From Candidatus Micrarchaeota archaeon (GTDB taxonomy: Archaea > Micrarchaeota > Micrarchaeia > Micrarchaeales > CABMGC01): DNA of 64,000 nt. Positions within the stretch are counted from its first letter, which is position 1. Every line of letters begins with the position of its first letter. Under the pieces are notes generated by a model. It did no database searches, was not told the origin of the DNA, and saw only the letters and a program-made list of their open reading frames with translations. Where the stretch lies: assembly GCA_028866835.1 (NCBI GenBank), contig JAGWHJ010000002.1, positions 330 to 64,329 on the forward strand. Reading direction: 5' to 3'. This document shows positions 17,402 to 26,437 of this stretch, in pieces. The position numbers and the translations under genes were made by a program.

Positions 17402-18451
17402 TCACTTCTGCTTTGCATCCATTCCCTCGACAGTCCATTTTATGGTGTTGTATTCCTTCTTTGTGTCTATGCTCCTTATCGGCAGCCTGCCCAGAAGCAC
17501 CTTCTGCACCTGGCCGCACTCCACCTTCGTCTTGTGCCTCTTCATGACCGACTTGTACTGGACTACGGCCTGCTTGTAGGCGGTGTTGTAGTTGTCGAAT
17601 ATCCCCATCACGAAGGAATCGTAGCTGCCAACAAGCTGCGTGCAGAGCAGGTACCTGCTTATTATCGGGTACTCGGTGCCGCTGCTTGTATAGACCTTTC
17701 GTATGACCGTGGCATCGTCCTCGAATCCCTCCGAGAGTATGTACTTGCTGAAAGTGGAGATGAGGGCAAGGTCCCTTGGCTGCTCCAGCGAGATTGTGAA
17801 CCTCCTTATGTATCCGGATTCCACCAGCTTCTTGAAGTTGTAAGCCACCGTATTGAAGTGCATCCCTATCCTTTTCGATATCTCGCTGAACGTGATTCTA
17901 GAGTTGATGTTTAGGAGTTTCAGCATCTTCTTGTAATTCTCGTCTATCGCAAGCCTGTCCAGTATCTCGTTCCTCAGCGGGAAGAAGCCGAGCTGCTTGT
18001 GCGCCACATTGGACGGGTGCCACGCCACGCCGTATTTCGACAGTAGGATCTGCATGCCTTTGTCCCAGTGCACGTACTCCTTGCTCGTTATCGCATTGGC
18101 GTATATGAACATATCATAGTCGCCCTTTACTACGGCCGCTATCTGCGGTATGTATGATGATGAAAGCAGCCTTGCAACCTCGTCCCAGTCAGGCTTCTTT
18201 ATGAACTTTACGAGTATTATGTGGGGATTGGAGAGCTGCAGCGCCGTTTCGCTGAAGGCAACGGTATATCTTATGCCGAACTCCCTCTCCGCTTTAAGAA
18301 GCCTCTCCCTTGCGGTCCTTCGCGAGACGCCGAGTTTCTTCGAGAGCTCAAGGATTGATATCCGCGAATCCTCCGATATGAAGCGCATCATCTTCCTTGT
18401 GAGGATGCCGTATGATTCATCGAATTTGCTCCCAAAGTCGGTTACCTGCAT
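17402..18451 (-). CDS. transcriptional regulator with two Lrp/AsnC-type wHTH modules
   Basis: SILELSKKLGVSRRTARERL and ITFSEISKRIGMHFNTVAYNFKKLVESGYI, each followed by a ~70-aa RAM-like segment. Confidence 0.7.
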   Translation of the reverse strand: MQVTDFGSKFDESYGILTRKMMRFISEDSRISILELSKKLGVSRRTARERLLKAEREFGIRYTVAFSETALQLSNPHIILVKFIKKPDWDEVARLLSSSYIPQIAAVVKGDYDMFIYANAITSKEYVHWDKGMQILLSKYGVAWHPSNVAHKQLGFFPLRNEILDRLAIDENYKKMLKLLNINSRITFSEISKRIGMHFNTVAYNFKKLVESGYIRRFTISLEQPRDLALISTFSKYILSEGFEDDATVIRKVYTSSGTEYPIISRYLLCTQLVGSYDSFVMGIFDNYNTAYKQAVVQYKSVMKRHKTKVECGQVQKVLLGRLPIRSIDTKKEYNTIKWTVEGMDAKQK

Positions 18452-18606
18452 GATAGTATATGCACAAAAGGGTTTTAATTATGCAAATCCAAGTGTTCCG
18501 CGATGTCTCTGCAACGAATTTCCTGATGATGCGCCAGCGATAGTAATATAAATATGTCTAAAGGAAATACTAATACTCTTACTCTTTATTCCTAAAAGTG
18601 TAGAGC

Positions 18607-19572
18607 ATGAGGAAAGGTTCCCTAGAATATTGGCCTCATAGAAGAGCCAAGAAGCAGATGCCAAGGATGAGGACTTGGCCTGCGGTAGCAGAGCAAGGCT
18701 TCCTCGGCTCGGTCGCATTCAAGGCCGGAATGACACACATCACAATGGTGGATGACAGCAGCTCTCCTGCGAAGGGCAGCGAGGTCGCAAAGCCCGTGAC
18801 AATTCTCGAGATACCAAAGGTCTACATATACGGCATAAGGATGTACCACATACTTCCAGACATCAATTACAAGGAGCCTGCGGCCGAGGCGTACAGCGCA
18901 GAGCTCGCAAAGCGCGTCGGCATAAAAAACGTTTCATCTCCTGATGGCCTCGCCGCAGTCAAGGCAAAGCTCGGGGAATACGGCGACGCAGTCGCGCTCG
19001 CCTTTGTCGACCCCAGCAACCTCGGATCAGGTAATAAGAAACTTATGAGGTTCGAGCTTGCAGTAGGCGGCAAGGACGTTGCAGAGAAGGTCGCGTTCAT
19101 AGAGAAGTGGATGGGGAAGGAGCTCAAGGCAAGCGACGTGATCAAGGTTGGCGATTACATAGATGTCAAGGCCATCAGCAAAGGGAAGGGCTGGGCAGGC
19201 GTAATAAAAAGATTCGGTGTGGCAAGGCAGGTAAGGAAGGCAACAGGGAAGATCAGGCACCTCGGCGTGCTTGGAGCCTGGCATCCCGCGAAGGTTCTCT
19301 ATACGGTGCCTCACTCCGGGCACATGGGATACAACTTCAGGATGGAGATGAACAAACGCGTGCTGATGATGGGCACGGACAAGGACGTCGCCAAGGTGAA
19401 CGTGAAGGGCGGGTTCCTCAACTACGGCGTAATAAAGAATGATTATATGATGCTCGAAGGCTCGATTCCGGGGCCTGCAAAAAGACTGATACGTTTCAGG
19501 AAGTCGGTAAGGAACAAGAAGCAGCCGAAGCAGCCGCAGATAGCGTACGTTTCTCTTGTCTCAAAGGGTTGA
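18607..19572 (+). CDS. rpl3: 50S ribosomal protein L3 (uL3)
   Basis: GSLEYWPHRRAKK, FKAGMTHI, GKGWAGVIKRFG. Confidence 0.95.
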   Translation: MRKGSLEYWPHRRAKKQMPRMRTWPAVAEQGFLGSVAFKAGMTHITMVDDSSSPAKGSEVAKPVTILEIPKVYIYGIRMYHILPDINYKEPAAEAYSAELAKRVGIKNVSSPDGLAAVKAKLGEYGDAVALAFVDPSNLGSGNKKLMRFELAVGGKDVAEKVAFIEKWMGKELKASDVIKVGDYIDVKAISKGKGWAGVIKRFGVARQVRKATGKIRHLGVLGAWHPAKVLYTVPHSGHMGYNFRMEMNKRVLMMGTDKDVAKVNVKGGFLNYGVIKNDYMMLEGSIPGPAKRLIRFRKSVRNKKQPKQPQIAYVSLVSKG

Positions 19573-19577
19573 TTTGA

Positions 19578-20366
19578 ATGAACGTTTATGGCATTGATGG
19601 CAACGTAGAGAAGAGCATCGAGCTCCCTGGCATCTTCAAGGGCACTTTCCGCGAAGACATTGTCAGGAGGGCGCTCCTCTCCGAGCAGAGCAGGCGGTAC
19701 CAGCCGCAGGCCCACGACGTCATGGCAGGCTTGAGGACAACTGCAGTTTACGTTGGAAACTACAAGAGCTACAGGACGGGAAGGCACATGGGAATCGCGA
19801 TAAGGCCCAGGCAGAGGCTGGGAGGCGGCTCGATGGGAGACGTGCGAAGGATACCATCCGCTACAAAGGGAAGGAGGGCCCATCCCCACCACCTTGAGAA
19901 GATCATAGAGGAGCACATCAACAGGAAGGAGTACATGCTTGCAATAAAGTCAGCGATAGCCGGCTGCTCAGACAGCGCAATGATAAAGAAGGGGCACAGG
20001 ATAGCAGAGCTTTCCATGCCCATAGTTGTTGACAACAAGCTCGAATCGATATCAAAGTCAAAGGAGTTGTCAAGCATCATGGACAAGCTCGGCCTTGCCA
20101 AGGATCTCGAGGCATCGCATAAGCCCAGGCTCAGGAAGGGCCTGAGGAGGGCTTCAAACAAGAGGCATTTCAGGAACAGCGTACTAATCGTAGTGAGCGA
20201 CTCAAAGCACATAGAGAAGGCCGGACGCAACATACCCGGCGTTGACGTATGCAGCATCAAGCAGCTATCGATAGGCAAGCTTGCACCCGGCGCAATCCCA
20301 AGGCCATCTATATGGACCGAAGGCGCTGTGCACGGGGTAGAGAAAGAGGTAGAGGCGAGAGCATGA
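19578..20366 (+). CDS. rpl4: 50S ribosomal protein L4 (uL4)
   Basis: Operon position; RRYQPQAHDVMAGLRTTA. Confidence 0.95.
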   Translation: MNVYGIDGNVEKSIELPGIFKGTFREDIVRRALLSEQSRRYQPQAHDVMAGLRTTAVYVGNYKSYRTGRHMGIAIRPRQRLGGGSMGDVRRIPSATKGRRAHPHHLEKIIEEHINRKEYMLAIKSAIAGCSDSAMIKKGHRIAELSMPIVVDNKLESISKSKELSSIMDKLGLAKDLEASHKPRLRKGLRRASNKRHFRNSVLIVVSDSKHIEKAGRNIPGVDVCSIKQLSIGKLAPGAIPRPSIWTEGAVHGVEKEVEARA

Positions 20367-20614
20367 ACGCGTTGATGTATCCACTTTCCACTGAAAAGGC
20401 GCTAGGCCTCATCGACAGGCAGAATACCATCTCATATGTCGTAGACATACGATGCGGCAAGGCGCAGATCAAGCAGGAGTTCGAAAAGCTCTTCAATGTG
20501 AAGGTGGACAAAATCAACACCACAACGACATTGAACAACACGAAGAAGGCGTACATAAGGATAAACAAGGCCTACAAGGCCGGTGACGTTGCAAGAAAGC
20601 TCAAACTGGTGTAA
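20363..20614 (+). CDS. rpl23: 50S ribosomal protein L23 (uL23)
   Basis: ATG 20363 overlaps the L4 stop (ATGA). YPLSTEKALGLIDRQNTISYVVD. Confidence 0.9.
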   Translation: MNALMYPLSTEKALGLIDRQNTISYVVDIRCGKAQIKQEFEKLFNVKVDKINTTTTLNNTKKAYIRINKAYKAGDVARKLKLV

Positions 20615-20616
20615 GC

Positions 20617-21336
20617 ATGGGAAAACGACTTAAGATGCAGAGGCAGGGCAAGGCGAGTCCCGCGTTCATGAAGCCCAAGCGCACCTTCAAGGCAGATGTC
20701 AGGTACAGGCCCAAGCCGGTAGAGGCAAAGGCCGTGGGCGAAGTGATAGAGTTCATAGATGATCCGGGCCATTCCGCTCCTCTCATGAAGATAAAGTACG
20801 AAGACGGCGCGGAGAACATCCTTCTCGCGCCTGAAGGCATAAAGATAGGTGACAAGATACAGGAAGGCAAGACCGCGGAGATAACGCTTGGCAGCATAAT
20901 GCCGCTGGGCAACATTCCGGAAGGAATGCCAGTTTACGATATAGAGGTCAATCCGGGCGACGGCGGCAAGCTGGTAAGGGCCGCCGGGAGCTACGCAACC
21001 ATACGCGCACACACAGACCAAGGCGTGAGCATACTTCTTCCCTCGAACAAGGACGTCGACCTCGACCCCAACTGCAGGGCTGAGATAGGCGCTGTCGCAG
21101 GAGGCGGCATATACGCGCAGCCGCTCATGAAGGCCGGAAGGAGCTTTTATATTTATCATGCAATCAACCAGAGATGGCCCAAGAACCGAGGTGTCAAGTC
21201 AAACCCTGTCGACCATCCTTTCGGAGGCAAGCAGCACCACAAGGGTTACTCGAGCATGACCTCAAGGCACGCGCCGCCTGGCGCAAAGGTAGGCCATATC
21301 GCGGCAAGAAGGGTAGGAAGGAAGAAGAGAGGATGA
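20617..21336 (+). CDS. rpl2: 50S ribosomal protein L2 (uL2)
   Basis: NPVDHPFGGKQHHKG, GNIPEGMPVYDIE. Confidence 0.95.
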   Translation: MGKRLKMQRQGKASPAFMKPKRTFKADVRYRPKPVEAKAVGEVIEFIDDPGHSAPLMKIKYEDGAENILLAPEGIKIGDKIQEGKTAEITLGSIMPLGNIPEGMPVYDIEVNPGDGGKLVRAAGSYATIRAHTDQGVSILLPSNKDVDLDPNCRAEIGAVAGGGIYAQPLMKAGRSFYIYHAINQRWPKNRGVKSNPVDHPFGGKQHHKGYSSMTSRHAPPGAKVGHIAARRVGRKKRG

Positions 21337-21340
21337 TATC

Positions 21341-21733
21341 ATGGCTAGGACATTCTTTTATAGAGGCAAGACTGTTGACCAGCTCCAGGCAATGAAGCCA
21401 GATGAGTTCACAAGCCTGATAAAGGCTAGAGGACGCAGGGCAATTAAGAGGAACGGCATCCTTTACAAGAGGCTCCTTGCAAAGATAGACCACATGAAGA
21501 AGGCCGGCGTCACCAAGCCGGTAAGGACCCACGTCAGGGAAGCGGTCATCCTCCCTGCATGGGTTGGCATGAGCTTCGCTGTATACGACGGCAAGCAGTA
21601 TCAGGAGATGCGCATAGCACCGGAGATGATCGGGCACAGGCTTGGCGAGTACGTTTACACCGTCAAGCGCGTAGTCCACTCGGCGCCTGGCATCAGGGCA
21701 ACGAGGGGAAGCAAGTTCCTTGCGGTGAAATAA
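21341..21733 (+). CDS. rps19: 30S ribosomal protein S19 (uS19)
   Basis: GHRLGEYVYTVKRVVHSAPGIRATRGSKF. Confidence 0.95.
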   Translation: MARTFFYRGKTVDQLQAMKPDEFTSLIKARGRRAIKRNGILYKRLLAKIDHMKKAGVTKPVRTHVREAVILPAWVGMSFAVYDGKQYQEMRIAPEMIGHRLGEYVYTVKRVVHSAPGIRATRGSKFLAVK

Positions 21734-22530
21734 TGGAATACTCTTTCAACATCCATGGCGGCAATTTCGCATTCGCTCAGGGTTACGATGTCAATGCGAG
21801 CTACAAGGACCTCTGCGCCGCATGCGATGCAGTAAGGTACGTGAGCGCATCGCAGGCGCTTGACATACTCGACCGCGTGGTTGGCATGGAGCGGGCAATC
21901 CCGTACAGGAGGCACAACAAGCATCTGGGTTCGAGGACCGAGCTCGGAGGCCAGAAGGGCAAGTATCCTGTAAAGGCGGCGGGCGAGGTAAGGAAGGTGG
22001 TGGTCAACGCCCTTGCAAACGCCTCGAATCTCGGTCTCGACAGCGACAGCATGGTGGTGGTTCATGCAGCGGCAAACAAGACCCATATAGAGACCAGGTA
22101 TCCTTCAAAGGGAGGGCTGGCGTGGGGCAGGGGCATGTACGGGAGGTCGGCGATAAACCACAGCGACCTCGAATATGCGAAGATAGAGATAGTTCTCGGA
22201 ACAAAGGACGATTCAGCGCTTACCAAGCGCATGAAGTACATGATCAAGAAGAGGACCGAGGAGCAGAAGCGCATCCTCTCGCAGCAAAGGCCGGGCGGCA
22301 GAGTGGCGGCTGCAACAGCAAAGAAGCCAGCAGCACCGGCGAAGAAGGCTACGGATAAGAAGGCAGCAGAGCCTGCAAAGCCTGCAGCGCTTCCTGCGAC
22401 TACGCCAAAACAGCAGCCGAAGCCTCCGGCAAAGCCTGCTGAGCAGAAGAAGGACGTTCAGGCACCTGCAGCGACGCCGGCTGCAAAGCCCGAGGCGAAG
22501 CAGGAAGAGAAGAAACAGGAAAACAAGTGA
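21733..22530 (+). CDS. rpl22: 50S ribosomal protein L22 (uL22) with ~105-aa Ala/Lys/Pro-rich C-terminal extension
   Basis: ATG 21733 overlaps the S19 stop (TAATG). Core reads YKDLCAACDAVRY...IPYRRHNKHLG. Tail runs from about 22204. Confidence 0.9.
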   Translation: MEYSFNIHGGNFAFAQGYDVNASYKDLCAACDAVRYVSASQALDILDRVVGMERAIPYRRHNKHLGSRTELGGQKGKYPVKAAGEVRKVVVNALANASNLGLDSDSMVVVHAAANKTHIETRYPSKGGLAWGRGMYGRSAINHSDLEYAKIEIVLGTKDDSALTKRMKYMIKKRTEEQKRILSQQRPGGRVAAATAKKPAAPAKKATDKKAAEPAKPAALPATTPKQQPKPPAKPAEQKKDVQAPAATPAAKPEAKQEEKKQENK

Positions 22531-23162
22531 TGTTCATGGTAGTCGAAAGGAAATTCATAGACGACTTGATGGTCAAGTACAGGATATCGAAGTACCTTGA
22601 GAGGAAGCTCTCCAAGGCTGGCTTCTCGAGGGTCGACATCCAGAAGACACCGGTCATAACTAGGATCACCGTCTATGTGACAAACCCGGGAAAGGTCATA
22701 GGAAGGGGCGGGGAGACGATCGATGCCCTCACGGACAACATGAAGAAGAGGTTCAACATAGAGAACCCCCAGATAAGCGTCTCTGACGTGAAGAACGAGA
22801 AGCTTGAGCCTAGGCTCATAGCCAAGTACATTGCTAACTCCCTAGAGAGGGGCGCGAACGCAAGGAGGCTGCTTCATTCCATAATAAAGGAGATAATGGA
22901 CAACGGCGCCCTCGGGGCGGAGATAATCGCGCAGGGCAAGCTCGCAGCCAAGGGAGCGAAGGCCAAGTCGATAAAGGTAAGGCTAGGCTACCTTCCCAAG
23001 GCAGGCCACGTGACCAAGCTGATAGACGAGGCAAAGGTCGCCTCATATCCAAAGTACGGGGCCATAGGAATACAGGTCAGGATAGTGCAGCCTGGTACCA
23101 AGTTCCCGGCAAGGGAGATCAAGAAGATAGCCCTTCCGAAGAGCATCCAGGCCGCCACATGA
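22530..23162 (+). CDS. rps3: 30S ribosomal protein S3 (uS3)
   Basis: KH domain TRITVYVTNPGKVIGRGGETI. ATG overlaps the L22 stop (GTGATG). Confidence 0.95.
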   Translation: MFMVVERKFIDDLMVKYRISKYLERKLSKAGFSRVDIQKTPVITRITVYVTNPGKVIGRGGETIDALTDNMKKRFNIENPQISVSDVKNEKLEPRLIAKYIANSLERGANARRLLHSIIKEIMDNGALGAEIIAQGKLAAKGAKAKSIKVRLGYLPKAGHVTKLIDEAKVASYPKYGAIGIQVRIVQPGTKFPAREIKKIALPKSIQAAT

Positions 23163-23231
23163 AACCTTCCGAACAGCACCGCAACGCTTTTTAAGGAGTT
23201 TTGCATTATAATAGGATTATCGTTGAGACCA

Positions 23232-23429
23232 ATGAGGATAAAGGAGGTAAGGGCTCTCTCTAACGACGCTCTTCAGGCAAGGATAAAAGAGATTCGCTTA
23301 GAGATGGGCATCGAGAAAAAGAGCATTGCCGCTACGGGGGTAGCGAGCAAGAAGGTGAAGATCCGTGAGATGAGGCGCACTCTGGCAAAGATGCTTACGA
23401 TTCTTGGCGAAAGGGGTGTCAAGAACTAA
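23232..23429 (+). CDS. rpl29: 50S ribosomal protein L29 (uL29)
   Basis: MRIKEVRALSNDALQARIKEIRLEM...REMRRTLAKMLT. Confidence 0.9.
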   Translation: MRIKEVRALSNDALQARIKEIRLEMGIEKKSIAATGVASKKVKIREMRRTLAKMLTILGERGVKN

Positions 23430-23734
23430 TGCCTGAGATATGCCCAAAATGCGGACTTCCCAAGGAGATATGCGTATGCGATATTCTTGACAAGGAGACG
23501 AACAGGAGGATAAAGGTCTACCTTGAGAAGAAGAAGTTCAACAAGTACATGACAGTGGTAACCGGTCTCACAGGAGATGAGCTTGACAAGACCGCAAAGG
23601 AGCTCAAGCGCGTGCTCGCATGCGGCGGCACGTCAAAGAACGGCATAATCGAGCTCCAGGGAGCCCACAAGAACAACGTTAAGAAGGCGCTGCTCGGTCT
23701 GGGCTATCCTGAAGAGAGCATTGACGTATCCTAA
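23429..23734 (+). CDS. sui1: translation initiation factor aSUI1 (eIF1 homologue)
   Basis: N-terminal zinc ribbon CPKCGLPKEICVC and SUI1 core VVTGL...LKRVLACGGTSKNG.IELQG. Confidence 0.9.
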   Translation: MPEICPKCGLPKEICVCDILDKETNRRIKVYLEKKKFNKYMTVVTGLTGDELDKTAKELKRVLACGGTSKNGIIELQGAHKNNVKKALLGLGYPEESIDVS

Positions 23735-23737
23735 AAG

Positions 23738-24085
23738 CTAACTCCTCTTCAGATGTGCCAGTTCAGGATATCTCCAAGAGTCCCCAATTATCTCTCTCCT
23801 CAAGGACCTGAAAGAACGTGGAAGTTCATCAATACGCTGGCAGATTTTTATTGATATATAAGATGGCGCAGCTACAAATGCTGCAATTCCGCCTACTGTT
23901 TGGATATGGTCGCGCAGAAGAACTGTCGCATGCGCAACTTCAGTCCCTACGAGTGCTCCAACGCCGGCCAACGCAATCCCACCTGCAATCCTAGCCCCCC
24001 TGATCAAAAACGCGGCCTCTCTGTCGCTCCTGTATGGGTTATTTACTACGTGCCCATCCACTTTTATTCTTGACAAAATTGCCAT
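23738..24085 (-). CDS. orphan small membrane protein (two Gly/Ala-rich helices)
   Basis: ORF track. IAGGIALAGVGALVG and VGGIAAFVAAPSYISI; Arg-rich tail. Converges on sui1 with a 3-nt gap. Confidence 0.5.
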   Translation of the reverse strand: MAILSRIKVDGHVVNNPYRSDREAAFLIRGARIAGGIALAGVGALVGTEVAHATVLLRDHIQTVGGIAAFVAAPSYISIKICQRIDELPRSFRSLRREIIGDSWRYPELAHLKRS

Positions 24086-24094
24086 ACGGATACC

Positions 24095-24865
24095 TTAATC
24101 GGACCTTTGCGAGCCCAGCAGGGATCTAAGCCCCATATGCTCCTTTATCCTTCCGCCAAAAGCTGCCCTGGCCCTGTCCATAAGTCCATGGTGCATCTCG
24201 CTGCCGTCTCTTCTTAAAACCATCTCCTCCCTTATTTCATTGGCTACCTCTTTTATTTTGGCGCGCCTTTTTGTCTCTAGCATATCCCAGATCTCCCTTA
24301 TCCTGGGCTGAGCATCTCTGTCTTTCACTTCTGTGGCGCTGGACCTGCGGTGCGCATCTGAAGGGAACGCCAACATCGAGTACATTGTACCTAACTGGTC
24401 ATCAGTTTCCTTTATCTCTATCCTGATCTTCCTTCCGCCTTCGGTAGTTGCAACCCCCTCATACTGGCGTAAAGACGTATCAACCCTACGGATTGGTTCT
24501 CTGTACTCCCAGGCCCCTGCCCTCCGGACCATGGAAAATACCTCCTCTTCGCTGAGTCTTCCCTTCACCATCCCGTTCTCTACTTCCCTTCTTACCGTAT
24601 CCTTTTGAGATTTTGTCAGCTCCACCTCGCCGATGCTGCCTGTGTCAATGCCATTATTTGAACGGTCTCGCCTCTCCCTTAACGTATCCCTGATGGCATT
24701 CCCTGCGCTGATCGCTCCTTTCGCAAGCAGTATCCCTCCAGCTACGCACGCTACCACCTGCTGGGAGCTCAACGGCCCGGGTTCCCCAAACCGCGCCATC
24801 CTGCCTCTGGCCATGTCCTTAAAGTTTGATAGTTCCTGTCTTCTTATTGTTCTTAATTGCATCAT
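24095..24865 (-). CDS. orphan Arg/Glu-rich protein with one Gly/Ala-rich hydrophobic segment
   Basis: ORF track. No motif recognised. Confidence 0.5.
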   Translation of the reverse strand: MMQLRTIRRQELSNFKDMARGRMARFGEPGPLSSQQVVACVAGGILLAKGAISAGNAIRDTLRERRDRSNNGIDTGSIGEVELTKSQKDTVRREVENGMVKGRLSEEEVFSMVRRAGAWEYREPIRRVDTSLRQYEGVATTEGGRKIRIEIKETDDQLGTMYSMLAFPSDAHRRSSATEVKDRDAQPRIREIWDMLETKRRAKIKEVANEIREEMVLRRDGSEMHHGLMDRARAAFGGRIKEHMGLRSLLGSQRSD

Positions 24866-24874
24866 TTTACCATC

Positions 24875-25555
24875 CTATCGTCTAATTTCATCGAGCAAAG
24901 ATCTTACTTCGCCAGTGTCATGCGTTCCGTAGACTTCATTTAACAAAGATCGCACAGAACCAGGTTCATTCGATCCACCTAGCGTATATCCGCTTCTTAA
25001 TGTACGCCTAGTTCCATAGGCCCCTAAAATAAAAGCTATTAGAGCTGCAAGCGAAAGGCTCCCGGCATCTTCATTGGTGTTTTGCCGCCTTTCAGTTACT
25101 AATTTTGTAAAGCCACGGTCGGTTGCTTTATCAAAAACACGTTTTGCAGAGGATGTCACCGGAACGGAATAGCTTACAGAGCCATCTATTGCATTCTTTA
25201 CCAATAGCCGTATATCTCTCTGCGTAAGTGGCACTATTATTCTGCCATCAACTATATTGCCAGGCAGCGTATTGCCTGATGTATGGTATAATGCCAATGC
25301 CACCTCTCTGTTTCCGCCCATTGCTGCTGCAGTCAGTTCTTCCGGCACTTTTCTTACAAGCGAGCTCAAAGCCCTCTCATGGGTTTCTATTGTAGCTGAT
25401 GCAAGATATCCTGACCCTGCACTGACGGTAAATGCCAATGAAATTCCCGATATGGCCGCAGCAGCTTTTCTCCTAGTTACACTACTTGTCATACTATTCA
25501 AAAGGAGGTGGGAATGCCTGATATTTAAATAATGCGCTGTGTTGCAAAATGGCAA
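24875..25555 (-). CDS. orphan protein with N- and C-proximal hydrophobic segments
   Basis: ORF track. Likely start at Met 25492 (MTSSVTRRK). C-terminal duplicated motif SVRSLLNEVYG / EVRSLLDEIRR. Confidence 0.5.
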   Translation of the reverse strand: MPFCNTAHYLNIRHSHLLLNSMTSSVTRRKAAAAISGISLAFTVSAGSGYLASATIETHERALSSLVRKVPEELTAAAMGGNREVALALYHTSGNTLPGNIVDGRIIVPLTQRDIRLLVKNAIDGSVSYSVPVTSSAKRVFDKATDRGFTKLVTERRQNTNEDAGSLSLAALIAFILGAYGTRRTLRSGYTLGGSNEPGSVRSLLNEVYGTHDTGEVRSLLDEIRR

Positions 25556-25588
25556 AATTATTAACCTTGCTGATGCAATAGATGAGAT

Positions 25589-26437
25589 ATGCAGGTTTCC
25601 GCGAAGTTAGCCTATGTTCTGGTCTCAACTGCGTTCCTGATAGGCATGGCTAACGCTACATATCTGAATATAGAAGGCCCTGTTGCAGGCACGCTTTACA
25701 ATAACGGCACGATCTATCTCGGCAAGGTCGCGCCTGGGGAGAGCTTCTACGTCCTTGCATCAGCGACAACAGCAAATTCCAGCGGCTATCTTGTCAACAT
25801 AGGCTGGAACAGGCTCGAGACAACGGAGCTTCCCGCAGGCTGGTCTTCACAGCCATCTCCATTGTACCAGGATCCGATGAAGATGAAGATAACAGTGTCG
25901 CCAAATGCGCCAGTGGGCAATTACAGGATCCTAATCAAGGCGATCAACGTACAGAACTATTCAAAGCTGGGCAACATCTCCATTATCGCATATGTTAACG
26001 TGAGCCCCGATGTCTTCAATGTGAAGGTGGCCCCTACTGACATCAATACCGGAATAGGCCAGCCCACCAACCTCTACGTAACGATAAACAACACTGGAAT
26101 CTCAGATGACCCGTTCGTGATAAGCGCAACTGGCCTTCCTGCATGGAACCAGACCGTATCTGTCATATCACTTCACTCGACAAAGAACACATTCATCTAT
26201 CCCGTCTTCGTGAACGAATCCGGCACCTATCCGTTCAAGCTCACAATCAGCGCGTCAACGAGCCCAGAGGTGAATAAGACCTTCGATATAAACCTGACTG
26301 CCAGGGAGAGCCTTCTTAACGACTACAGCGCGATAACGCAGGGCGCTGTGCTCTCACCGATAGTCTTTGCACCTGCATACTCTGTGATGGCGCTTATTTC
26401 GTACATCTACAAAACCTACGGCGGCCAATTAACCTAG
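25589..26437 (+). CDS. cell-surface protein with CARDB/NEW3-like Ig-fold repeats
   Basis: Signal peptide. LPAGWSSQPSP...ITVSPNAPVGNYRILIKA pattern repeated. C-terminal TM helix. Confidence 0.55.
   Translation: MQVSAKLAYVLVSTAFLIGMANATYLNIEGPVAGTLYNNGTIYLGKVAPGESFYVLASATTANSSGYLVNIGWNRLETTELPAGWSSQPSPLYQDPMKMKITVSPNAPVGNYRILIKAINVQNYSKLGNISIIAYVNVSPDVFNVKVAPTDINTGIGQPTNLYVTINNTGISDDPFVISATGLPAWNQTVSVISLHSTKNTFIYPVFVNESGTYPFKLTISASTSPEVNKTFDINLTARESLLNDYSAITQGAVLSPIVFAPAYSVMALISYIYKTYGGQLT

Noticed and set aside
23753-23761. AGATGTGCC (9-mer of the repeat core) at the end of the 115-aa orphan gene next to sui1
   Set aside because: A single 9-mer inside a coding region has about even odds of occurring by chance in 2 x 64 kb, and there is no flanking similarity.
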